Origin: Candidatus Latescibacterota bacterium
GTDB lineage: Bacteria > Latescibacterota > UBA2968
Direction of reading: 5' to 3'
Assembly: GCA_965116885.1 (NCBI GenBank)
Contig: OZ220741.1
Coordinates: forward strand, 4,672,001-4,736,000
DNA length: 64,000 bases
Positions within the stretch are counted from its first letter, which is position 1. Every line of letters begins with the position of its first letter. The notes below the pieces were generated by a model. It ran no database searches, was not told where the DNA came from, and saw nothing but the letters and a program-made list of their open reading frames with translations. A program made the translations under genes and the position numbers. This document shows positions 29,696 to 39,800 of the stretch, one piece after another.

Positions 29696-31579
29696 GTGGA
29701 CGTTAAACTAATCTGGCTTTTTGCTTTTGTGGGACTTTACTGGGCTTACTGTCTCTTCTGGGGTGTCAGAGGTGCTATTTCTTCGCGCACATCAACTGAC
29801 TACTTCGTGGCCGGGCGCACCATTGGCTTATGGGTATTTGTCCTCGCGGCCACCGCCACCAGCTTTTCTGGCTGGACCTTTGTAGGACACCCCGGCAAAA
29901 TCCTCATCGATGGCTTGCCCTACGCATTCGCTTCCTTCTATGCCCTCACAATACCCTTTACAGGCGTGCTCTTTTTGCGCCGCCAATGGGTCGTTGGTCG
30001 CGCTTTTGAACACATTACCCCTGGCGAAATGTACACCACCTACTACGGTGGCAATGCCATGCGCCTGCTCACGGTTCTCGTAGCCTTCCTCTTTTCAGTA
30101 CCCTATCTCGGCGTACAACTCCGCGCCTCTGGCGACCTCTTCCACGTACTCACCGACGGCATGATCGGCATTGAAATTGGCATGTTTGCCCTCTCTGCCA
30201 TTGTTATGATATACGTTGCATCCGGAGGTCTTCGCTCCGTTGCCTATGTTGACTGCGCCCAGTGCATCTTGCTCGCCCTCGGCATTGTCATCCTGGGGGG
30301 CATCGCCATCAGCTTTGCAGGCGGTTGGGGCGGTTTTACCGACGGCCTTGCAGCCTATGTCAAACAAGACCTCGCATCGGGTCAAAAACTCACCCCCGCT
30401 GGCCACTCAAACATCGTGGCTATGCCGGGAACTATCCAGGCCGTATCTTCAGGGGCAGAGGCACAGGGCAGCGTGTGGACCGGCATGATGTGTCTCACCT
30501 ACATGTTCGCGCTCATGGGCATCCAATCCTCACCCGCCTTTTCCATGTGGTGCTTTTCCAACAAAACCAGCGAACCTTTCCGCTGGCAGCAAGTGGTGGC
30601 ATCCTCAATTATCATCGGCATCATCCTCTTCTCCTTCACCATCTTTCAGGGCATTGGGGGCAACATCCTCATCGCAAACGGCATCTTTGAATCCGCCAAT
30701 GACAAAAACCTCGTTCCCCAACTCATCAACCTGCTCACCGACTCGGCTCCCTGGCTCGTTGGCCTGCTCGCAGTTTGTGCCCTCGCCGCAATGCAATCCA
30801 CAGGCGCAGCCTACATGTCCACCTTCTCGGGCATGGTCACCCGCGACCTCTACAAACAATACGTCGCCCCCGACGCATCGGACAGCGTGCAAAAACTCTG
30901 TGGGCGCATCTTCGTCATCGTCGTCACAGTGGTCGCGCTATTCGTCGCCGCGCAATTCACCGGCGCCATCGTCATGCTCGGCGGCCTGGCCGTTGCCTAC
31001 GGCTTCCAGATGTACCCCGCTCTCATGGGCGTATGCTACTTCCCCTGGCTCACCCGCAAAGGCGTGGTCTGGGGCCTTGTTGCTGGCCTGATTGCCGTCA
31101 CCCTTACCGATCGCACAGTGGCCGTATTTGGGCTTCCCTGGGGCGCATTCCCGCTCACCATTCACAGCGCGGGCTGGGGCATATTCGCCAACTTGATCAT
31201 TGCTCTGCTCGTCTCGAAATTTGGCTCGGAAAACAGCGAAGAACGCGAGAAACGCAAAAAACACCATGCCTTCATCCAGGCTGTCTCTGGCCTCACTGAA
31301 GACCAGAAGAAATGGGTGACACCAGCGTGGATCCTCACCGTCTTGTGGTTCCTCGTTGGATTCGGGCCTTTCGCCACAGTTGGCAACACCCTCTTTTCCG
31401 ATCCCAATACCCCGGTCACATGGGCGCCTTTTGGTTTGCCCTCGCTCTGGGTTTGGCAACTCATCATGCTTCTCTTCGGCATCTTTGTCATGTGGATGCT
31501 CGCCTTCAAAGTCGGCCTCTCCAAACCCATTCCCATTGAAAATGTGACCTCGCAACGCAAAGCGTTTTTTGAAAAATAA
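29696..31579 (+). CDS. sodium:solute symporter family protein
   Basis: DYFVAGR, ATSFSGWTF.G.PG, GGLRSVAYVD and AAMQST. GTG start follows AGGAGG. Confidence 0.92.
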   Translation: MDVKLIWLFAFVGLYWAYCLFWGVRGAISSRTSTDYFVAGRTIGLWVFVLAATATSFSGWTFVGHPGKILIDGLPYAFASFYALTIPFTGVLFLRRQWVVGRAFEHITPGEMYTTYYGGNAMRLLTVLVAFLFSVPYLGVQLRASGDLFHVLTDGMIGIEIGMFALSAIVMIYVASGGLRSVAYVDCAQCILLALGIVILGGIAISFAGGWGGFTDGLAAYVKQDLASGQKLTPAGHSNIVAMPGTIQAVSSGAEAQGSVWTGMMCLTYMFALMGIQSSPAFSMWCFSNKTSEPFRWQQVVASSIIIGIILFSFTIFQGIGGNILIANGIFESANDKNLVPQLINLLTDSAPWLVGLLAVCALAAMQSTGAAYMSTFSGMVTRDLYKQYVAPDASDSVQKLCGRIFVIVVTVVALFVAAQFTGAIVMLGGLAVAYGFQMYPALMGVCYFPWLTRKGVVWGLVAGLIAVTLTDRTVAVFGLPWGAFPLTIHSAGWGIFANLIIALLVSKFGSENSEEREKRKKHHAFIQAVSGLTEDQKKWVTPAWILTVLWFLVGFGPFATVGNTLFSDPNTPVTWAPFGLPSLWVWQLIMLLFGIFVMWMLAFKVGLSKPIPIENVTSQRKAFFEK

Positions 31580-31629
31580 CAAGAGCATCGATGGATTGTC
31601 CATCAATGCTCTTGGATGGAGATAGACGA

Positions 31630-31842
31630 ATGGCAAAGCCTCACATCCCTCTAAAACTGGATAGAACAGCACTCTCTATAGGCTCACTTTCCGACACATC
31701 GGAAGAACGTGCATATTGGCTTACTCAAACACCTCGCGAACGCCTGAAGCAAATCGAAATTCTTCGTCGGATCAATTATGGAGATCAAGCTACCAGACGA
31801 CTTCAAAGAGTTCTTGAAGTTGCTCAACGAACATGGCGTTGA
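31630..31842 (+). CDS. small hypothetical protein, typical upstream partner of nucleotidyltransferase TA-like pairs
   Basis: YWLTQTPRERL...LRRINYG...RLQRVLEV; overlaps the downstream NTase start. Confidence 0.65.
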   Translation: MAKPHIPLKLDRTALSIGSLSDTSEERAYWLTQTPRERLKQIEILRRINYGDQATRRLQRVLEVAQRTWR

Positions 31843-31870
31843 ATATCTCTTGTTAGAACACCTACCCTGA
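31778..31870 (+). pseudogene. truncated nucleotidyltransferase (DUF6036-like), N-terminus only
   Basis: MEIKLPDDFKEFLKLLNEHGVEYLL followed by LEHLP*; the expected (V/I)GG.A...G..R.T.D catalytic segment is absent. Confidence 0.7.
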
Positions 31871-31880
31871 ACGCCCTTCA

Positions 31881-32912
31881 CTATTCCCACAGACCATCCT
31901 CGAACGACACCCCAAAACCCGGCCCCTCACCCGGCGCAATTTTGCCATCCATTACTTGCGGCTGGTCGCGCACCCAATTCATCCAGGGACGTCCACTTTC
32001 AGCCAGCGGATCGGGATCGAGCGCGACAATTGCGTGCAGCGCCCACACCTCTCCCCCGCGATGTGGACATACCTCTGTATTGTACTCCTTCGCCAACGCG
32101 TAAATTTTCACCAACTCTGTCAATCCCCCGCACCAACACACATCCGGTTGATAAATAGCGTGTAATCCCCTCTGCATCAGCGCCTCAAATCCACGCGCCG
32201 TATATTCGTGCTCGCCACTCGCAATGGGAATGGGACTCTCGCGCATCAACCGTTCATAGCCGTCAAAATCCTCTGGCAAAAGCGGCTCTTCCAACCAGTC
32301 CAAATTGAACTCAGCCAACCGATCCGCAACGCGCAACGTGCCCTCCACATCCCACGACATTGACGCATCGCACATCAACTGAATATCGTCACCTACGGCT
32401 GCTCGTGCATCCGCAAAAAAATCGGCTATGGCATCCAATTCACTGTGGGGATCCATCCCGCCAACGCCAAATTTTAAAGCCTTATACCCCAGCGCGAGTG
32501 CGCCCTCAAGACCATCCCGAGACCACCCCGTGCGATACGACGGCACCGCCATCCGAGTGCCCCCCAGCACTTCGACAAGTGGTTTATTCGCCCGCTTGCC
32601 CCGCAAATCCCACAATGCCAAATCCACACCACTAATCGCCATCATCGCAATGCCTTTGCGTCCATAAGCCGCGGTATGGCGATACATCGCATCCCACAAC
32701 CCCTCGACATCCTCGGCATTTGCGCCAATCAAGACCTCGCGCAACACCGTCTGAACCACGTGAATACCCGCCGGGCCGCCTCCACCAACACCGTATCCCG
32801 ACAACCCATCATCCGTATCAATACGAACGAGAATCTGTCCAATCGTTCCGCGCCAACCAGCGGGTGCGCGATCCGCATCGGGCTGCACTGCGCGAACATG
32901 TGTAATGATCAT
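31881..32912 (-). CDS. mandelate racemase / muconate lactonizing enzyme family (acid-sugar dehydratase)
   Basis: AISGVDLALWDL.GK, LMCD, WLEEP, SGEHE, QPD and PH motifs. Start follows an AGGAG RBS. Confidence 0.92.
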   Translation of the reverse strand: MIITHVRAVQPDADRAPAGWRGTIGQILVRIDTDDGLSGYGVGGGGPAGIHVVQTVLREVLIGANAEDVEGLWDAMYRHTAAYGRKGIAMMAISGVDLALWDLRGKRANKPLVEVLGGTRMAVPSYRTGWSRDGLEGALALGYKALKFGVGGMDPHSELDAIADFFADARAAVGDDIQLMCDASMSWDVEGTLRVADRLAEFNLDWLEEPLLPEDFDGYERLMRESPIPIASGEHEYTARGFEALMQRGLHAIYQPDVCWCGGLTELVKIYALAKEYNTEVCPHRGGEVWALHAIVALDPDPLAESGRPWMNWVRDQPQVMDGKIAPGEGPGFGVSFEDGLWE

Positions 32913-33028
32913 ATGCGATCTCCTATTTGAAATGAAAAAATAATTGCCATTCTGCTTCTTGATATGAGACCCGGTTCTGGGTATATTTATCACAAAGGAC
33001 TTACCCGCCAAATTCCCGGAGAAATATA

Positions 33029-33769
33029 ATGGACAAAACAATCAGACGCACGCCTGATGGCAAGCCCGAAAGACGCACACCCGATGAAATGCTGCGCGAT
33101 GCCGTGTCAGGCGATACCGATATCCCCGGCAAAGGCGAGCCGCTCGACTTAAAAGCGTATTTTCGCCCCGATGCGGAACATCGCATGGCGGGCAAAATCC
33201 TGCGTGACAACAACGTGCTTCCCGCACACCTCCAGGAGCGCAAAGACGCAGAAGAATACCTCCAAAAAGCTGAAGAGCACCTGCAACGCGCAACCGAAAA
33301 AATCGCGCCATTACAAAAAGCAATTCGCCCCCTCGCGCAAACGCTCATCCGCACATTTTCCGACGACAAAGAGATGTGCGAAGCACTCGGCTTGAATGCA
33401 CTACCAGAAAATTTTCAGCCCAATTCGGAAACACCGCCCGCGTCTGATCTTCTTGAGACCATCAGCACCTTTGACCAATTGTGCAAACAATACAATGCGC
33501 GGGTGCGCGATCTGACATACCGCTACCTCGAAAACCTGCGCCTCGCGCACGAAAATATCGAAGCCAGCAAAAAGCGACAACTCGTCAACCGCTCGCTTTT
33601 GCCAGCTTATGCGCCCATTGTCAAAGTCGATATCGAAGCACAGAAAGAATATATACAAACGCGTTTCCCCCTCCTGCCCGAACGCCCACGCGACTGGCAA
33701 TCGCGTCTCAAAACATGGCAACGCTCTCAAAAGCCATCCCTCTGGCATCGCATGTTCAGATCTGTCTGA
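33029..33769 (+). CDS. DUF1992 (DnaJ-associated) domain protein
   Basis: DIPGKGEPLDL...RMA.KILRDNNVLP. Confidence 0.75.
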   Translation: MDKTIRRTPDGKPERRTPDEMLRDAVSGDTDIPGKGEPLDLKAYFRPDAEHRMAGKILRDNNVLPAHLQERKDAEEYLQKAEEHLQRATEKIAPLQKAIRPLAQTLIRTFSDDKEMCEALGLNALPENFQPNSETPPASDLLETISTFDQLCKQYNARVRDLTYRYLENLRLAHENIEASKKRQLVNRSLLPAYAPIVKVDIEAQKEYIQTRFPLLPERPRDWQSRLKTWQRSQKPSLWHRMFRSV

Positions 33770-33781
33770 CCTTCTTTTTTT

Positions 33782-33809
33782 ATCTGTGTACATCTGCGTT
33801 CATCTGCGG
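33782..33809. repeat. 10-bp periodic intergenic repeat
   Basis: ATCTGTGTAC ATCTGCGTTC ATCTGCGG. Confidence 0.7.
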
Positions 33810-33897
33810 ATACCACTCCTATCTTGTCTTGACGCATTTGCCAAATTCTTGTAATTTATAAGTAAGTAAACACTTTCTTTTTATCAGGAGTTGATCT

Positions 33898-36195
33898 GTG
33901 GCAAACGCTTCCGAGATAAATCTTCTGGAAATCCCTCCGCAGCACATTTTAGATGGCCTTATCCCATCGCACGAAACGGTCCAATTATCGGCCAGTACCG
34001 ACATTTGTCTCGATGGCACGTATGGCATCGCTTATCTCCTCGCCACAGACAAACACTTGTTCGCAATCAGCCCCAACGGCAATTCCACGCCACACACAGA
34101 GCGCATCCCACTTTCCGAAATTACCAATCTCGAAGTCAAAGACCTGTTTGGCAACAGCTTACTCAAAGTCCGCACCGCAACCACAGGCGCCACATTCGCG
34201 CGATTTACCAAAGGCCATAACCAGAAATTCAATCGGATAACGCACCGACTTGAGGCTCTTGTAAAAGACGCGCGCAAAACCGAAGACAAAATCGCCAAAG
34301 GCCAACTTGGACGCGCGATTTCGGGCAGGCGGTGTGACGTGTGCGGCACAATCATATCGCGCAGGGTGGGAGTCTGCACCAACTGTCTCGACACCCGCAA
34401 ACTGCTGTATCGCTTGCTCGCCTATGCGCGTCCCTTCTGGAAACTCGGAACTCTGAGCCTTGCCCTGCTCCTCACCTCGACCTTTATTAGCCTTACCCCA
34501 CCGCTTTTGATGCGCGACCTCATCGATGGTGTACTCGCACCTTCTGCAGATTATGAAACGACCTTCTTCCGCGACATCACAAACAGCATATTTGGGATAC
34601 CAACCGGATACGAAATCCTCTATTTCCTCGTGGGCCTGCTCCTGCTGATCAACCTCTCGCAATCGGGCCTTCGCGCCATACGCTCGTATATCCTATCCGT
34701 TCTTGGACAAAAAATCACCTATAACCTCAGAAATGAGGTCTATCAGCACCTCCACCGCCATTCTCTCAGCTTCTACAACGAACGCGAAACCGGCACCATT
34801 ATGGCCAGCATCACCCAGGATGTGGGGCGCCTGCAAGATTTTATCAGCGATGGCCTGCAAGAAATCATCCGCGACATCGTCACCATTGCCTTTATATGCA
34901 TCATTCTCTTTACACTTAATGTCAAACTCGCCACCCTCGTTTTAATCCCCACGCCCTTTCTGATTATTGCAACCCTCAAATTTGGTCACCGCCTGCATCG
35001 TACCTATCGCGGTCTGTTTCGGCGTTGGGCTGCCATCAGTGCCCTCCTTGCCGACACCATCCCCGGCGTGCGCGTGGTCAAAGCCTTCGCACAGGAAAAC
35101 CGCGAAGTGGGTAAATTTCAGACGCGCAGCGAAGACCTCCTCAAGGGTGAAATCAAAATTGCGGGCATTCGCAGCATCTTCAGCCCCGTCATGGCTTTTA
35201 TTACATCTATCGGAACACTGATTATATGGCTCGTGGGGGGATCCTCTGTTCTCGACGGCGCATTGACCCTGGGCAACTTTGTGGCATTTACGCAGTACAT
35301 GTGGCGTTTTTATGGCCCGGTTGAAAGTCTCTGCCGCCTCAACCACCGCTTCCAAAGAGCCGCGTCTTCTGCCGAACGCGTCTTTGAAGTGCTCGACACA
35401 CAGCCCGACGTAACCGACAGGCGCAGCGCTTACCCAATGCCCGCCATTGAAGGACGCATCCAATTTGACGACGTGACATTTTCTTACGAACCCGGCAAAC
35501 CCGTTCTCAAAAACCTCAATTTTACCGTTGAACCCGGCGAAATGATCGGCCTTGCCGGACATTCTGGCGCGGGCAAAAGTACCTTGATCAACCTGATTTG
35601 CAGATTTTACGATATCGAAGAAGGCGCGATATTAATCGACGGACGCGATATCCGCAATGTCACCCTCAAATCCCTCCGCGATCAGATCGGCGTCGTTCTG
35701 CAAGACCCCTTTCTCTTCAATGGACCCATAGCCGAAAATATCGCATACGGCAACCCCGATGCGTCACTCGATGAAATCGTCGCAGCCGCCAAAACAGCCA
35801 ATGCTCACGAATTTATCCTCCGCCTGCCCGATAGCTACGACACACCCGTAGGCGAACGCGGCGTTCGGCTCTCCGGTGGCGAAAGGCAACGCATCTCTAT
35901 TGCGCGCGCGATCCTGCGAAACCCGCGCATTCTAATTCTCGATGAAGCCACCTCCAGCATGGATACCGAGACAGAATCGCAGATCCAGGAAGCCCTTTAC
36001 AGACTCGTGCAAGGGCGCACGACCTTTGCCATTGCCCATCGCCTTTCCACGCTCAAACACGCAGACCGCCTCTTTATCATCGACAAAGGCGAACTCGCCG
36101 AGATGGGATCACACACCGAACTCATCGCCTATGATGGTATTTACGCGCGTCTTTGCCGTATGCAAACCGAACTGTCCAAACTTCGCGCGTGGTAG
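33898..36195 (+). CDS. ABC exporter (fused TMD-NBD) with N-terminal soluble domain and Zn ribbon
   Basis: CDVC...CTNC, TM domain, GHSGAGKST, LSGGERQR and LDEATS. Confidence 0.92.
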   Translation: MANASEINLLEIPPQHILDGLIPSHETVQLSASTDICLDGTYGIAYLLATDKHLFAISPNGNSTPHTERIPLSEITNLEVKDLFGNSLLKVRTATTGATFARFTKGHNQKFNRITHRLEALVKDARKTEDKIAKGQLGRAISGRRCDVCGTIISRRVGVCTNCLDTRKLLYRLLAYARPFWKLGTLSLALLLTSTFISLTPPLLMRDLIDGVLAPSADYETTFFRDITNSIFGIPTGYEILYFLVGLLLLINLSQSGLRAIRSYILSVLGQKITYNLRNEVYQHLHRHSLSFYNERETGTIMASITQDVGRLQDFISDGLQEIIRDIVTIAFICIILFTLNVKLATLVLIPTPFLIIATLKFGHRLHRTYRGLFRRWAAISALLADTIPGVRVVKAFAQENREVGKFQTRSEDLLKGEIKIAGIRSIFSPVMAFITSIGTLIIWLVGGSSVLDGALTLGNFVAFTQYMWRFYGPVESLCRLNHRFQRAASSAERVFEVLDTQPDVTDRRSAYPMPAIEGRIQFDDVTFSYEPGKPVLKNLNFTVEPGEMIGLAGHSGAGKSTLINLICRFYDIEEGAILIDGRDIRNVTLKSLRDQIGVVLQDPFLFNGPIAENIAYGNPDASLDEIVAAAKTANAHEFILRLPDSYDTPVGERGVRLSGGERQRISIARAILRNPRILILDEATSSMDTETESQIQEALYRLVQGRTTFAIAHRLSTLKHADRLFIIDKGELAEMGSHTELIAYDGIYARLCRMQTELSKLRAW

Positions 36196-36212
36196 CGAAT
36201 AAAGGTATATCA

Positions 36213-36722
36213 ATGTCTTCACTCCCCGACTTGACCGGCGACCTCTCCCTTCTTTCGCCCCGCGACATTCGCCTGTATCTCGACGATTTTGACGATCTCA
36301 CACTCGACCTGCGCGGTGAAATCCACGAGCGGATTGGCGTACTGCGCGCTTTTCCCCTCAACGCGTCCACAAAATTCATCGTGCTCCGCGATTCAGACGG
36401 CGATGAAATAGGCATAGTACGCGACATGGTCGATCTCGACCCAGACAGCCGAGATGCATTGGAAATAGCACTCGAACAGGCATATTTTATGCCGCGTATT
36501 CTAAAAATAAATAGCATTGTTTCCAATTTCCATGTCCCCACCTGGGATGTGGAAACAGATCGCGGGCATCGCGTATTTGAAATCCCCAGTAGCAAGCGCG
36601 ACGTACGCGTAATTGACGATGTGCGCGTGATCCTGCGAGACGCCGATGGCAACCGCTACGAGATCGTCGATTACCGTCGCCTCGATCCCGAGAGCATTGT
36701 ATTTGTGGAAACCATTGTTTAA
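36213..36722 (+). CDS. DUF1854 domain protein
   Basis: RAFPL, EIG, YFMP.I..I, W.VETDRG and D.DGNRY.I.D...LD. Confidence 0.85.
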   Translation: MSSLPDLTGDLSLLSPRDIRLYLDDFDDLTLDLRGEIHERIGVLRAFPLNASTKFIVLRDSDGDEIGIVRDMVDLDPDSRDALEIALEQAYFMPRILKINSIVSNFHVPTWDVETDRGHRVFEIPSSKRDVRVIDDVRVILRDADGNRYEIVDYRRLDPESIVFVETIV

Positions 36723-36735
36723 AACCTCCATTGGG

Positions 36736-36761
36736 GGAACAATCGCACTACTATCTTCGTC
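36736..36761 (+). promoter_or_regulatory. ECF sigma-type promoter
   Basis: GGAAC-N17-CGTC about 50 bp upstream of the RND start. Confidence 0.5.
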
Positions 36762-36811
36762 AAAGCCAAAATGGATTGACGCGCCTATTGTATTCGCAGG
36801 AAGGAGGAGCC

Positions 36812-39800
36812 ATGAAACTCAGTGAATTTGCCATTAATAAACCCATTAGCACCATTATGGTTGCAATTAGTATTATGGTGATGGGCTTTATTTCGGTATT
36901 CAAATTGCCACTCGAATACCTGCCCAGCCTGACATTCCCGCGCATCTTTGTTTCCGTGAATTATCCCTCCTCTTCTCCGGAAGAAATTGAACGGTTCATC
37001 ACGCGCCCCATTGAGGAAATCCTCGGCACCTTATCTGGCGTTGAAAGCATCAGTTCCTCATCCAGCGGATCGAGTGCGCGCGTCGGCATGGAATTTGCAA
37101 TGGATGCCGATATGGATATCGTCGGCGTTCACATCCGCGACCGCCTCGATCAAGTTCGCGCCGACTTACCCGCCGATGTCGATCGCATCGATATTCGCAG
37201 CTTTGACACCGAAGACTTTCCCGTTCTCGAATACTCTCTCACATGGCTTGGTGAAAACAACCAGGAACTCGTCAATGTATTCAACCAAACGATCTTGCCC
37301 AGAGTGCAGCGTCTCGAAGGCGTCGCCAATGTCGTGCTCGAAGGCTTGAGGGAAAAAGATCTCCTCATCGAAGTCGATCAAAAAGCCATGACAGCCTATA
37401 AGATGGACTTCCGCACCATCAATCGCGCTCTGAACAGCAACAATATCAATGTCTCTGCGGGATATGTCACCGAAGGCGACAAACGCCTCGCCGTGCGTAG
37501 CATGGGCGAATTTGAAACCGTTGATCAAATTCGCGATCTGCCCATTCGCCCCAATCTCACTCTCGACGATGTTGCCGATGTCACATACGATTATCCCGAA
37601 TCCCGCAGCTTTGAACGCCTTGACGGGCGTCCTTCGCTAAACCTTGAAGTCCAGAAAGCCTCAACGGCCAACATGGTCGATGTCTGCAAACTCGTCCGCA
37701 ATGAACTCGCCCTCATCCACGAAGAAGTCGGCAAAGACAAGCTCCGAATGCACATCGTGCGCGACCGATCCATCGACGTGACAAATAGCATCGCCAGTCT
37801 TAGCCAATCAGCTATTCTGGGTGGTCTTCTGGCCGTCATAGCCATCTTTATTTTTCTTCGCAATTTCCGCAGCACGCTCATCATAGGCTCTGCTATCCCC
37901 ATCAGCGTGCTCACCGTGTTCCTGATCATGTATTTCATGCGCCAATCCGGATCGAACATCACCCTCAATCTCATTTCCATGATGGGTCTAATGGTCGCCA
38001 TCGGCATGCTCGTCGATCCCGCTGTCGTGGCCCTTGAAAATATCTTTCGCAAACGGTTTGAAGAAGGGCAAGATGCCAGACATGCCGCGCTTGAGGGCAG
38101 CGATGAAATCGGGCTTCCCGTCCTCGCTGCATCGCTCACGACCATCTGCGTATTTATCCCGGTCATTTTTGTCACCGATTCGCGCACCTCGCTCTTCATG
38201 CGCGACTTTGCCGTTACCGTGATCATATCCGTTATTGCCTCATTTAGTATTGCGCTCTCACTTATTCCGCTGGCAGCCTCTCGCGCATTCAAACACGATG
38301 GGCAACTCCTCGATCGCATTCTCAAGAGCATCGTCGGCCTTGTAGCCGCACTTGGCCTGGGTACCCTTATTTATTACACGGACTTCAGCAAAATTGATTA
38401 TGCGGGTCTTTGGGCAAATGCCAATAGGACCATCAGTGCGCTACCGTTATTTGCCAAAATTGGTTTTCCCGGCGTCATTGCACTGGTCATCTTTCTCTAT
38501 TTTCGCTACCGCGCAATCGGTCCCAAAGCCCTCTATGCCAAATTGGTATCTTCTACGCTTCACTACCGCTGGGCAACCCTCTCCCTGGCTGTTGTTCTTC
38601 TTTTTGCCGGCAACTACATCTACGGCAAAGTAGAGCAACAACCCTTCCGCTATCAGCCCAGTCGCGCCGTAAGACTCACCATTGAAATGCCCCGCAGCTA
38701 CGATGTGGATCAAGCGCGTGAGATCTTCAAAATTGCCGAAGACCTGCTCATCCCCTTAAAAAACGAACTCGACATCGAAGCCATTGGCAGCCGATACAGC
38801 GGTCGGCGAGGCACCCGTCTAACCCTTTATCTCACACCAGCAGACGAGGGCAAACTCACCACAGATGAAGTTCAACGCAAAGTTATGGCCCTCCTTCCCA
38901 AAGACATTCCGGGCGTGCGTTTCAAATCTGGCGGGGGTCGCGGGAGTTCTGCCGTGGGGGCTGGCGTTCAACTCAAAGGGCGCAGCCAGGAAACACTGGC
39001 CATTTTGGCCGAAGACATTGAAACCAGCATGCAGGGGATGCCCGGTGTGCACGAAATACAGACCAGCCTCGAAAGTGGAACCGAGGAAATTCGCGTCACA
39101 GTTAATCGAGAACGCGCACAGCGCTACGGCCTCTCGCCGCGCGATATTGCAACCACCATCGCCTCTGCACTCGGCTCGCGCGGTGGCTCCAATTTCAAAA
39201 CCCCAGATGGTGAAATCGACATCACAGTGCTGCTGCGAGAAGAAGACCGCGCCACCCTCGAACAACTCAAAACAACGGAATTTGAAAGCGACAACGGCGG
39301 CATGGTCACCTTCTCCAGCCTGGCGAATTTCGACCTGACAACGGGCACCAACACGATTCGACGCGAAGACCGCATGTCAACCGTAACCGTTTTTGCCAAC
39401 ACAGACCAGCAGGCGGTATTTCGCGTGGGCCAGATCATGAAAATGCGCATGGAAGGCGTGCCCCTGCCCAAGGGATACACCTATGAAATGGACCGCCGCT
39501 TCAGATATATGAATGCAGAACAGAATCAGGACTATGAAACCTTGATCCTCGCACTTATTCTCATTTACATCATCATGGCCTCGCTCTTTGAATCCTATGT
39601 CCATCCGCTCACCATTATGTTCTGCATCTTCTTCGCATTCATCGGCGTCGCACTCGGTCTCTACACCTTCAAAATCGCCATGGATAGCAATGCCAAATAC
39701 GGCCTTCTCGTGCTGTTTGGTATCGTGGTCAACAACGGTATTGTCCTGGTCGATCACATTAACAGATACCGAAAACAGGGGCTTGTTCGCCGCGATGCCA

